The position numbers were made by a program, and so were the translations under genes. Positions 1 through 8,050 of a DNA stretch of 32,000 nucleotides are shown piece by piece. The notes under the pieces were generated by a model. It ran no database searches and had not been told where the DNA came from. It saw only the letters and a list, made by a program, of their open reading frames with translations. The DNA is taken from the NCBI RefSeq assembly GCF_016127575.1, contig NZ_CP066019.1:2610001-2642000 (forward strand). The letters run 5' to 3'. Positions within the stretch are counted from its first letter, which is position 1, and every line of letters begins with the position of its first letter. The DNA is from Cupriavidus necator (GTDB lineage: Bacteria; Pseudomonadota; Gammaproteobacteria; Burkholderiales; Burkholderiaceae).

Positions 1-213
1 ATGTCGCGCTACCAGCGCAACCGCGACCTGATCAGCGTAGGCGCCTATGTGCCGGGCAACGACCCGGAGCTGGACCTGGCGATGCGCCTGCACCCGCGCA
101 TGGAAGCCTTCCTGCAGCAAGACATCCACGAGCGCGCCGGCTACGACGACGCCATCGCCCAGCTTCACAGCCTCTTCGACAGGAGTGAACATGCTCAAGC
201 ATTCACCGCTTAA
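1..213 (+). CDS. fliI: Flagellum-specific ATPase FliI, C-terminal end (5' part lies outside the window)
   Basis: The frame is open from base 1. RNRDLISVGAYVPGNDPELDLAMRLHPRMEAFLQQ is typical of the FliI/T3SS ATPase C-terminus. The stop overlaps the fliJ start. Confidence 0.85.
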   Translation: MSRYQRNRDLISVGAYVPGNDPELDLAMRLHPRMEAFLQQDIHERAGYDDAIAQLHSLFDRSEHAQAFTA

Positions 214-649
214 TACGCTGGCTGACCTCGCCCAGAACGATACCGATGCCGCCGCGCGCGAGCTGGGCAGGCTGCAGGGACTGCGCACGCAGGCTGAGCA
301 GCAGCTCAACCAGCTCACCGAGTACCGCCATGAGTACCGCGCGCGCATGCAGGTGGTGGCCGCCGAAGGCATGACCTCCAGCCGCTGGCAGGACTTCTCG
401 CGCTTTCTCGATTCGCTCGACCATGCCATCCGCCAGCAGGGCGCGGCGCTGGCCAAGGCCGAAGCCGACCTGCTGGCAGGGCGCAACCACTGGCAGCACC
501 AGAAGCGCCGCCTGAACTCCTTCGACACGCTGATCGCGCGCGCCGAAGCGAAGGAAGACCAGGTTGCCGCGCGCCGCGAACAGCGCGCCAACGACGAATA
601 CGCAGCCCGCCTGGTCCGCACCACGGCCAGCCGCCTGAGCGAAGCCTGA
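191..649 (+). CDS. fliJ: Flagellar export chaperone FliJ
   Basis: ATG at 191 is preceded by AGGAG (181-185). The ~150-aa coiled-coil protein (LNTLADLAQNDTDAAARELG...EYRHEYRARM) sits between fliI and fliK. Confidence 0.8.
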   Translation: MLKHSPLNTLADLAQNDTDAAARELGRLQGLRTQAEQQLNQLTEYRHEYRARMQVVAAEGMTSSRWQDFSRFLDSLDHAIRQQGAALAKAEADLLAGRNHWQHQKRRLNSFDTLIARAEAKEDQVAARREQRANDEYAARLVRTTASRLSEA

Positions 650-674
650 CCCGGGCCACACCCGTAGCCAACCC

Positions 675-2093
675 ATGATCGATATCAGCCAGATTGTCAG
701 CAGCGCCGCCAATGCGGTCGAGGGCGCCAGGCGCGCCACCGCCGACGCAACCGCGAGCGGATTCGGCGACGCGCTGTCGCGCGCCCGCGAAAGCAGCAAG
801 GCGCCCGCGCCGCCGGCCGGGGAAACCGCCGCGCGCGACCAGCCCGCATCGCGCCAGCCCGCGGCGCAGGCCGACGCCGGCAAGCCGCAGCCAGCCGCCG
901 CGGCCGGCAAGAAGCCCGCGGCCGGCCACAAGGATGAAAACCAGGACCAGGATGACACCGCGGCGGCCACGCCGACGGATGCCGCAGCCGCTGCCGCAGC
1001 GGCCCTGGCACTGATGCTTCCCGCCGCAGCCCCGGCCAGCCCCGCTGCCGCGCCGGCCGGCGCGGCGGGTTCCGCCCTCGCCGGCGTTACCGACACCGGC
1101 GCCGCCGCACTGCAGGCGGCACTGGCAAATGCCGCGCAGCCGGCCACGGCAGATGCCCAGGCCGAGGCCATGCCGGCGGCCGCCACGCCGCTGCCGGACA
1201 CGCTGCAGGTCGTCACCACCGAAGCCCGGCCCGCACAGCCTTCGGTTGCCGAAACGCTGGCCACCATCGCATCCCAGCGCGCCGCGATGCAGGCCAGCGC
1301 CAGCGCAGGTACCGACGGCAAGGCCGGCACGGCGCAGGCCATCCCGGGCGACGTGCTGGCCGTCCAGCAGCAGGACGCCAGCGGCCAGTCTGCCGGCGGA
1401 TCGGGCAATCGCCCGGAAAGCGGCATCGCCCGGCACCGCGCCGATCCGCTCGCCGCCAACCCCGGCACGGCGGATGCCAGGCCCGTGGCAACGCCGTTCG
1501 CCGCCGCACAGGCTGCCGCCCGCACCGGCGAGGCTACCGCGGCCAGCCCCGACAACACACCAGCCGTGGCCGCCGCGCTGGCCGGCCAGGCTACCCCGTC
1601 GGCTACTGCAGCCGCTGCGGCCGCCCGTCCCGTGGTCACACCGCAGCTGTACGACAGCCAGTGGCCGCAGGCCCTCGGCCAGCAGATGATCCGCATGAGC
1701 ACGCAAGGCCAGCAAAGCGCCGAACTGCAGCTGAACCCGCCCGATCTCGGGCCGCTCAAGGTCGTGCTCAACGTGGTCAACGACCAGGCCCAGGCCCAGT
1801 TCGTCTCACCTCACCAGGCCGTGCGCGCCGCGGTGGAAGCGGCGCTGCCGCACCTGCGCACCGCGCTGTCCGAAAGCGGCATCCAGCTTGGACAGACTTC
1901 GGTGGGCGCAGACGGCTTTGCCAGCCAGACGGGCAATGGGAACGGGCAGCAACAGCAGGCACCGCGGAATGGGCGCGGGCAAACCAGCTTTGCTGCCGGC
2001 ACGCTGGCGGCTGTTGAGCCGGCGGCAGCAGCCAGTACGACAGCGCGTCCCGCACGCGTGCCTGGGCGTGGCGAGATCGATACGTTTGCCTGA
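675..2093 (+). CDS. fliK: Flagellar hook-length control protein FliK
   Basis: Long Ala/Pro-rich low-complexity N-terminal part. The C-terminal Flg_hook-type block is LQLNPPDLGPLKVVLNVVNDQAQAQFVSPHQAVRAAVEAALPHLRTAL. Confidence 0.85.
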   Translation: MIDISQIVSSAANAVEGARRATADATASGFGDALSRARESSKAPAPPAGETAARDQPASRQPAAQADAGKPQPAAAAGKKPAAGHKDENQDQDDTAAATPTDAAAAAAAALALMLPAAAPASPAAAPAGAAGSALAGVTDTGAAALQAALANAAQPATADAQAEAMPAAATPLPDTLQVVTTEARPAQPSVAETLATIASQRAAMQASASAGTDGKAGTAQAIPGDVLAVQQQDASGQSAGGSGNRPESGIARHRADPLAANPGTADARPVATPFAAAQAAARTGEATAASPDNTPAVAAALAGQATPSATAAAAAARPVVTPQLYDSQWPQALGQQMIRMSTQGQQSAELQLNPPDLGPLKVVLNVVNDQAQAQFVSPHQAVRAAVEAALPHLRTALSESGIQLGQTSVGADGFASQTGNGNGQQQQAPRNGRGQTSFAAGTLAAVEPAAAASTTARPARVPGRGEIDTFA

Positions 2094-2138
2094 GTTCGCG
2101 CTGTGTAGCGCGTGGTGATTGCGTGCCACGGAAGAAAG

Positions 2139-2166
2139 CAAGGCCGCCCGACGGGCGGCCTTTGTC
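2139..2166 (+). terminator. Hairpin after fliK
   Basis: AGGCCGCCC-gacg-GGCGGCCT followed by TTTGTC. Confidence 0.6.
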
Positions 2167-2286
2167 ATGTCGGCGGCGCAACGATTCATGTACTTCGCTC
2201 ACAATCCTGCAACCAGATTTAACGGATTGCTGCTAGAATCAGTAAACATTTTTGCTTACCCTTGATTTCCCCTGAGGTCTAGGAGA

Positions 2287-2469
2287 ATGCGGGTGAAGCG
2301 GAGTGAATTCCGGCGATGGCTCGCCGGACAGGGCGCCACCTTCAGTGAAGGCGCGAAGCATGTGAGGGTGTATCTCAATGGCAGGAAGACCACGCTGCCA
2401 CGGCATCCCAGCCACGAGATCCGGGAGGGGTTGCGCAAGGCGATTCTCAAGCAACTCGGCCTGTCATGA
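2287..2469 (+). CDS. hicA: HicA-family mRNA interferase toxin
   Basis: 60-aa protein with RBS AGGAG just upstream. MRVKRSEFRRWLAGQGATFSEG.KH...LPRHPSHEI..GLRKAILKQLGL is the YcfA/HicA pattern. It is paired with a downstream hicB. Confidence 0.8.
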   Translation: MRVKRSEFRRWLAGQGATFSEGAKHVRVYLNGRKTTLPRHPSHEIREGLRKAILKQLGLS

Positions 2470-2519
2470 GTCTTCCATCTCACGCCCCAACTTGCCCTTG
2501 TCGTCAAAGGAGTCCCAAT

Positions 2520-2936
2520 ATGCTGCGTTTCCCTGCCAACATCGTCCCGGACGACGGTGGCTTTGCTGTGTCGTTTCCCGATATCCCCGAAGCCCTGACC
2601 AGCGGCGACACCATCGAGCAGGCCCGCGAAATGGCCGCCGATGCGCTCGCCACGGCCATGGAATTCTATTTCGAAGATGGCCGCCCGGTGCCACTGCCGT
2701 CGAAGGCAAAACGCGGCCAGCATCTGGTTGAACTGCCGGCCAGCGTGTCGGCGAAGGTGCTCCTGCTTAACGAGATGATCGCGCAGGGCGTGACGCAGGC
2801 GGAACTGGCGCGCCGGCTGAATACGCGCAAGCAAGAGGTGCAACGTATCGTCAACCTGGACCATGCGACCAAGATCGATACGATCGAGGCTGCATTCCGG
2901 GCGCTGGGGAAGCGGCTGGAACTGACGGTTGCCTGA
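2520..2936 (+). CDS. hicB: HicB-family antitoxin with C-terminal XRE-type HTH
   Basis: ATG at 2520 lies 7 nt after AAAGGAG. The N-terminal HicB fold motif is FAVSFPDIPEALTSGDTIEQAREMAADAL. The C-terminal HTH is GVTQAELARRLNTRKQEVQRIVN. Confidence 0.8.
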   Translation: MLRFPANIVPDDGGFAVSFPDIPEALTSGDTIEQAREMAADALATAMEFYFEDGRPVPLPSKAKRGQHLVELPASVSAKVLLLNEMIAQGVTQAELARRLNTRKQEVQRIVNLDHATKIDTIEAAFRALGKRLELTVA

Positions 2937-2966
2937 CCGCGCCAGGGCGTCCGTAAACCTCCACCC

Positions 2967-3629
2967 ATGACTTTCGACCTGTTCGACGACCTGCCACCGA
3001 ACGGCCCCGCCAGCCCCGCCATCGAACCCCTCGCCGACGGCGCCGTAGTCCTGCGCGGCCTGGCCCGTGCGGATGCCGAAGTGCTGCTGGCCGACGTCCA
3101 GGCCATCATCGCGCTTGCGCCCTGGCGGCACATGATCACCCCCGGCGGGCTGACAATGTCGGTGGCGATGGTCAACTGCGGCACGGTCGGCTGGGTCTCC
3201 GATGCGCGTGGCTATCGCTATGACCCCGTCGATCCGCTGAACGGAAAGCCGTGGCCGGAGATGCCGGCGAGCTTCCGGAAGCTCGCCACCACTGCTGCGG
3301 CGCAAGCGGGTTTTGCCGGTTTCGAACCGGATGCCTGCCTCATCAATCGCTACGAGCCGGGCACCCGGCTCTCGCTGCACCAGGACCGCGACGAGCGCGA
3401 TTTCAGCGCGCCCATCGTTTCGGTCTCGCTGGGACTGCCCGCGGTGTTCCTGTTCGGCGGCATGCGCCGCGCCGACCGCCCGCAGCGGGTGCGGCTGGCG
3501 CATGGCGACGTGGTGGTGTGGGGCGGGCCGTCGCGGCTGGCCTTCCACGGCGTGGCGCCGCTGGCCGACGGCGACCATCCGCTGCTGGGGCGGCTGCGCA
3601 TCAACCTGACATTCCGCAAGGCGCTTTAG
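2967..3629 (+). CDS. alkB: Fe(II)/2-oxoglutarate-dependent DNA/RNA demethylase AlkB
   Basis: LINRYEPGTRLSLHQDRDE (HxD), PIVSVSLGL, HGV and RINLTFRKA are hallmark AlkB blocks. Confidence 0.9.
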   Translation: MTFDLFDDLPPNGPASPAIEPLADGAVVLRGLARADAEVLLADVQAIIALAPWRHMITPGGLTMSVAMVNCGTVGWVSDARGYRYDPVDPLNGKPWPEMPASFRKLATTAAAQAGFAGFEPDACLINRYEPGTRLSLHQDRDERDFSAPIVSVSLGLPAVFLFGGMRRADRPQRVRLAHGDVVVWGGPSRLAFHGVAPLADGDHPLLGRLRINLTFRKAL

Positions 3630-3674
3630 CCATCACCGCCGCCTTGGCACTTTGCCGGGGGTTTTCTACAGTCA

Positions 3675-4202
3675 ATGGACTGTCCTGAACGCCACCGTGC
3701 AAAGGCCCACACCATGCATCTCGACGGCTCCTGCCATTGCGGCGCGATCCACTTCTCGCTTGAATCCGACTCACCTAGTCCGTATATGCATTGCCATTGC
3801 TCGATCTGCCGCAAGACGGCCGGCGGTGGGGGCTACGCGATCAACATCGGCGGCGACGCGGCCACGCTGCGCGTGCGCGGGCGCAAGCACCTGGGCATTT
3901 ACCACGCCGTGCTGCGCGAACCCGGCAAGCGCGCGCGGCGCTCGCCGGCGCAGCGGCATTTCTGCGTGAAATGCGGCAGCGCGCTGTGGCTTTGGGACCC
4001 GCGCTGGCCGGAGCTGGTGTATCCGCATGCATCGGCTATCGACACGCCGCTGCCGCGCCCGCCGGAGGTGGTGGAGGCCTCGCTGGAATCGGTCGCGCCC
4101 TGGGTCGACGTGCCCAAGGGCAAAGGCCATGTGCACTGCGACACCTGGCCGGAGGAATCGCTGGCGGACTGGCACAAGCGGCACGGCCTGTCGTCGCGCT
4201 GA
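3675..4202 (+). CDS. GFA (glutathione-dependent formaldehyde-activating)/CENP-V family zinc protein
   Basis: Cys clusters CHCG, HCHCSICRK and FCVKCGSALW. The start is ambiguous between ATG 3675 and ATG 3714. Confidence 0.75.
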   Translation: MDCPERHRAKAHTMHLDGSCHCGAIHFSLESDSPSPYMHCHCSICRKTAGGGGYAINIGGDAATLRVRGRKHLGIYHAVLREPGKRARRSPAQRHFCVKCGSALWLWDPRWPELVYPHASAIDTPLPRPPEVVEASLESVAPWVDVPKGKGHVHCDTWPEESLADWHKRHGLSSR

Positions 4203-4251
4203 AAGACTCCCGTTCGCGATATGAACGTTTTCATCGGCCGGCCTTGGCAGC

Positions 4252-5169
4252 TCAGGCGGGCAGGAACCCTTCGACGGTCAGGTAGCGCTCGCCGGTGTCG
4301 TAGTTGAAGCCCAGCACGCGCGCGTTGGCCGGCAGCCCGGGCAGCTTCTGCGCGATCGCGGCCAGCGTGGCGCCGGACGAGATGCCGACCAGGATGCCTT
4401 CCTCGCGCGCGCAGCGGCGTGCCATCTCGCGCGCGGGCTCGGCATCGACCTGGATCACGCCGTCGAGCAACGAGGTATCGAGGTTCTTCGGGATAAAGCC
4501 CGCGCCGATGCCCTGGATCGGGTGCGGCGCCGGCGCGCCGCCGGAGATCACCGGCGAGGCCACCGGCTCCACGCCAAAAACCTTGAGCTGCGGCCACTTG
4601 TCCTTGAGCACGCGGGCGCAGCCCGTCAGGTGGCCGCCGGTGCCGACGCCGGTGATCAGCACATCCAGCCCCTCGGGGAAGTCATTCAGGATTTCCTGCG
4701 CGGTGGTGCGCGCGTGCACGTCGACATTGGCGGGATTCTCGAACTGCTGCGGCATCCATGCGCCCGGCGTGGCCGCAACCAGTTCCTCGGCGCGAGCGAT
4801 CGAGCCCTTCATGCCCTTCTCGCGCGGGGTCAGGTCAAAGGTGGCGCCATAAGCCAGCATCAGGCGGCGGCGCTCCACCGACATGCTGTCCGGCATCACC
4901 AGCACCAGCTTGTAGCCCTTGACCGCGGCCACCATGGCCAGGCCGATGCCGGTATTGCCCGAGGTCGGCTCGATGATGGTGCCGCCGGGCTTGAGCACGC
5001 CACGGCGTTCGGCGTCTTCCACCATCGACAGCGCGATGCGGTCCTTGATCGAGGCGCCGGGGTTGCTACGCTCTGACTTGATCCAGACCTCGTGGCCGTT
5101 GCCGAACAGCCGGTTGATGCGGATATGCGGGGTATTGCCGATCGTCTGCAGGATGTTCTGGACCTTCAT
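4252..5169 (-). CDS. cysK: Cysteine synthase (O-acetylserine sulfhydrylase), CysK-like
   Basis: PLP-enzyme motifs [31 protein letters not shown] and [17 protein letters not shown]...QQFENPAN resembles CysK more than CysM. Confidence 0.88.
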   Translation of the reverse strand: MKVQNILQTIGNTPHIRINRLFGNGHEVWIKSERSNPGASIKDRIALSMVEDAERRGVLKPGGTIIEPTSGNTGIGLAMVAAVKGYKLVLVMPDSMSVERRRLMLAYGATFDLTPREKGMKGSIARAEELVAATPGAWMPQQFENPANVDVHARTTAQEILNDFPEGLDVLITGVGTGGHLTGCARVLKDKWPQLKVFGVEPVASPVISGGAPAPHPIQGIGAGFIPKNLDTSLLDGVIQVDAEPAREMARRCAREEGILVGISSGATLAAIAQKLPGLPANARVLGFNYDTGERYLTVEGFLPA

Positions 5170-5324
5170 CGTATTCTCCGTGGCGGGCGCGGTGTCGCAG
5201 GCTTGGAAGCCGCTGGCACCGCAGGATCGAATGACGGGATGATTTTAGAGCAAGGCGCCGCTCGGGCTGCCCGACTGCCGCCGTGATCGTGATGCTGGTG
5301 CGCGGCTGAAGCGCGCGCAACGGG

Positions 5325-5360
5325 TTACTTGCGGAACACCAGGCAGAGGGGTTCGCCATC
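5325..5360 (-). other. Possible displaced native 3' end of the DUF938 methyltransferase gene (attL-side remnant)
   Basis: The minus strand reads GAT GGC GAA CCC CTC TGC CTG GTG TTC CGC AAG TAA, which is DGEPLCLVFRK*. It aligns codon for codon with ...NNFSLTFHL... at the intact gene's 3' end (21776-21796). Both copies share GGAAC (5333-5337 and 21775-21779). Confidence 0.4.
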
Positions 5361-5403
5361 CCGGTGACAGATACGAAAACCGCTTATATATAGTGTTATT
5401 CCG

Positions 5404-5484
5404 TGTGTGTTGATGGTTTTTAGGTGCCCCAAGCCGGCGATTTGGGGCACTTCCGCCGTAGTATGGCCGTCCCAACAACACACA
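5404..5484. promoter_or_regulatory. Nested inverted repeats upstream of int (candidate att arm sites or int operator)
   Basis: The outer pair is TGTGTGTTG (5404-5412) with CAACACACA (5476-5484). The inner pair is GTGCCCCAA (5424-5432) with TTGGGGCAC (5442-5450). Confidence 0.5.
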
Positions 5485-5501
5485 TATAGGGGTGCACTAA
5501 A

Positions 5502-6542
5502 ATGGCAAACTTTGAGCACAGGGGCACCACGGTTCGTGCCCTAGTCCGCATGAAAGGCCAGCGAGTCAGCGCTACTTTCGACAATGAGAAGGCGGCGCAT
5601 GAGTGGGCGCGGAAGACTGAAAAGCGCATCAGCGAAGGCGAAACCATCCGCAAGTACGATGACACCAGCGACCCTTCCGTCGCCTATCTCCTAGAGAAGT
5701 ACGCCCGCGATGTTTCTGGTGGCAAGCGTGGGGCTAAGGTTGAGCGCTATACGCTGACAGCAATGTCCCGCGACTTTCCGGAGATATTCGGCAAACGCGT
5801 AAGTGAGTTTCGCAAGGACGATGTGGAGGCGTACATCAAGAAGCGCGGCAGCACGACAAGCAGGTTTGGCCGCAAGGTCGCACCGGGCACGATAATTCGT
5901 GAGGTGACGGTTCTGTCAGCGGTGTTTAGCTACGCCATTCGGCGCTGGGAAATGCCGTTCTTTAAGAGGGAGAACCCAGCCCAAGGCATCGACAATAGGC
6001 CAAAGTCCACAGAACACAGGAAACGGCGCGTCAGTGACGACGAGGTCAAACTCATTTGCGCACAGCTCGACTATGTAGAGGGCACTGTCCCCAAAACGAG
6101 CAAGCAATGGACTGCATGGGTCTTTCAGTTCTGCCTAGCAACAGCAATGCGTAAGGGTGAAGTGCTTGCCGCAACGTGGCAGCACGTACACACCGACGAG
6201 CTATATATCCATTTGCCGGAAACCAAGAACGGCTACGCCCGGGACGTGCCGCTAAGCCCACGCGCAATCGCACTGCTGGCAAGCCTTAAGCAAGGCAAGG
6301 GCGCTCAATTGGTCGCGCCAGTCAAATACAAGACCCTGGACAGCGCATTCTGGCGCGCCAAAACGGAGATCGGCATTCAGAACCTACACTGGCACGATAG
6401 TAGGCACGAAGCAACGACGCAGTTGGCAAAGAAGCTCACAAACACCCTTGAGCTTGCAGCCGTGACCGGGCATAGGTCGCTGGCGATGCTGCATCGCTAT
6501 TTCAACCCGACCGCGACAGAAATGGCGCGCAAGCTCGTATAG
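5502..6542 (+). CDS. int: Tyrosine site-specific integrase (phage integrase family)
   Basis: The C-terminal catalytic region contains ATAMRKGEV (Arg), HWHDSRHEA (HxxR) and GHRSLAMLHRY (His and Tyr nucleophile). An N-terminal SAM-like domain is present. Confidence 0.92.
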   Translation: MANFEHRGTTVRALVRMKGQRVSATFDNEKAAHEWARKTEKRISEGETIRKYDDTSDPSVAYLLEKYARDVSGGKRGAKVERYTLTAMSRDFPEIFGKRVSEFRKDDVEAYIKKRGSTTSRFGRKVAPGTIIREVTVLSAVFSYAIRRWEMPFFKRENPAQGIDNRPKSTEHRKRRVSDDEVKLICAQLDYVEGTVPKTSKQWTAWVFQFCLATAMRKGEVLAATWQHVHTDELYIHLPETKNGYARDVPLSPRAIALLASLKQGKGAQLVAPVKYKTLDSAFWRAKTEIGIQNLHWHDSRHEATTQLAKKLTNTLELAAVTGHRSLAMLHRYFNPTATEMARKLV

Positions 6543-6866
6543 AGGGGCGGCATCATGGAACATCATCAAGGTTTCCCCGGTCGCGAGTTGTACGAAATCC
6601 GGCGCGCTCACGCGATCCAACAGCGCATGACTGAGCCACCCGCATGAGATGACGCGGACGCGGCGACACACAACATGCTTCGGATGTGGCACGACAAGAT
6701 TGAAGCGTGGATGCTGGAACAGGCGGGCATCGACTTTACGCCCAGCGAAGTGCAAGCTGGCTTGAGTGCTGTAAAGTAGCCGAAGTCAGTTTGCCCTCCC
6801 ACGCCGATGGACGGAAAGGCCAGCCCCTATCCCGTTCCGGCGGAAACGCCCAAATAAGGGAGCCAT

Positions 6867-7601
6867 ATGACACGCGCGAACATAAAAGAGGTGTTTCACT
6901 GGATAGGCCATCGGACCGCCGAACGCCGCCAAGCGGCTGATGGTGGCTACTTGTATCGCACCCCAGAAAACCAAAGCCTCGCCATCGCCTTGGCCGTCCC
7001 GCTGTTCAGCACAGCTGATGCGACGTATAAGGGCGCCAACCTTTGGGAGATTGATGGGTTCGTCGAGACGTTGGAGTCGACGTGCGACCACGAAGCCGAG
7101 GCCTTGCGTTCACGACTAAACAGGGTGCGCGAATGCTGGGCAAATTCAGGTGACATGGAGCTCTGTCGCGCCCACATTGACGTTTTGAACGAAGCCTTGT
7201 TGCGTCGATATGAAGTAGCTCGCCTGCGTAATCTCGCCAATGCACATGAGGCACTTGCAAGGGCTGCAATACTGTCCGCCGATGCAAATACGCCGTTGCC
7301 GTTACACGCAATCTCGTTAGATGCGAAGCAACCTACGGAAATCCGCCAGCCAAATACCAGTACAGCAGCGGAGGCAAGCACCTGGCTGTCAATAGCACGG
7401 AAGATTGCGCTCGAATTTATCCAGCGCCATAGGGAGAAAGGGCTCGCTCCGGGGCTGCAGGACGTCTCCGATCACGTCGCTACCGCGCTGCGCTCAGCTG
7501 CAATTTATGGGCACCATAGGCGTCCGCTGTCTGCGGCCTACATCAAGCGCAATGCGCTCCAAGGCGAGTGGTGGAAAAAGAACAAGCCACAAAGGGACTA
7601 G
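6867..7601 (+). CDS. Hypothetical protein (island)
   Basis: 244-aa ORF with RBS AAGGGAG 6 nt upstream and a strong terminator downstream. I recognised no motif. Confidence 0.6.
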   Translation: MTRANIKEVFHWIGHRTAERRQAADGGYLYRTPENQSLAIALAVPLFSTADATYKGANLWEIDGFVETLESTCDHEAEALRSRLNRVRECWANSGDMELCRAHIDVLNEALLRRYEVARLRNLANAHEALARAAILSADANTPLPLHAISLDAKQPTEIRQPNTSTAAEASTWLSIARKIALEFIQRHREKGLAPGLQDVSDHVATALRSAAIYGHHRRPLSAAYIKRNALQGEWWKKNKPQRD

Positions 7602-7667
7602 ACGGCCGGGGGAATTGGAGGATGTCGTCTCCCCGCCGAATTCCCATCATTGAGAAAGCAGGCAAGA

Positions 7668-7706
7668 AGCCAGCAGCCATAAGGGTCTGCTGGCTTTTTA
7701 TTTTTT
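7668..7706 (+). terminator. Rho-independent terminator
   Basis: AGCCAGCAG-ccataagggt-CTGCTGGCT followed by TTTTTATTTTTT. Confidence 0.85.
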
Positions 7707-7729
7707 CCCCTTGCGGGGAAAATTTCCCC
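7707..7729. promoter_or_regulatory. Overlapping palindromes upstream of the AlpA-like gene (candidate operator)
   Basis: CCCC-ttgc-GGGG (7707-7718) overlaps GGGGAAA-a-TTTCCCC (7715-7729), about 40 bp upstream of the 7770 start. Confidence 0.3.
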
Positions 7730-7769
7730 GTACTGGAGTGGAAACGCCTCTCAACACAGGAGAGTTTCC

Positions 7770-7988
7770 ATGAACATCTTTCGCTCCGTGAGCGCTCATG
7801 CGGGCTTGCCCGACCTCCTTACTACTGCAGAGTTTGCCGCCGCACTGCGGTGCGCACCTCAAACCGTCAGGAAGAATCTCTCCGCCAAAGGGCATCACCA
7901 CGGTATCAAGCCGCTGAAGCAGGCTAGCGGCAGGCTCCTGTGGCGCGCCTCCGATCTGATGAAACTGCTGGGTATTGAGACGCAGTAA
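7770..7988 (+). CDS. AlpA/excisionase-type helix-turn-helix (HTH_17-like) DNA-binding protein
   Basis: 72-aa protein with RBS AGGAGA. LLTTAEFAAALRCAPQTVRKNL...LLWRASDLMKLLG fits the small MerR/AlpA-like excisionase pattern. It lies directly upstream of the primase gene, as in P4/PICI elements. Confidence 0.7.
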   Translation: MNIFRSVSAHAGLPDLLTTAEFAAALRCAPQTVRKNLSAKGHHHGIKPLKQASGRLLWRASDLMKLLGIETQ

Positions 7989-8050
7989 AGCCGGCTACCG
8001 GCAATTGCTGCTGTCGCGCTCGCTCCATCGCTCAATCGGAGAGGCACACC

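Noticed and set aside
203-1780. 525-aa and 466-aa minus-strand ORFs, plus several + strand off-frame ORFs, across fliJ/fliK
   Set aside because: They are antisense or off-frame to well-supported flagellar genes. Their Ala/Arg/Gly/Pro-dominated low-complexity translations are typical of high-GC artefacts.
2256-3578. 440-aa minus-strand ORF spanning hicAB and alkB
   Set aside because: It is antisense to three genes with clear family motifs and RBSs. Its translation is Arg/Gly/His-rich with no domain pattern.
5170-5501. Search for a tRNA/tmRNA gene as the integration target at the island's left end
   Set aside because: I could trace no cloverleaf-compatible sequence (acceptor stem or T-loop GTTCRANNC context). 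The junction is better explained by insertion into the DUF938 gene's 3' end.
6384-6940. Short ORFs (64-123 aa, both strands) between int and the 6867 gene
   Set aside because: They overlap one another and the int 3' end. They have no RBS and compositions that do not look protein-like. A 30-aa ATG ORF at 6555 is too short to support.
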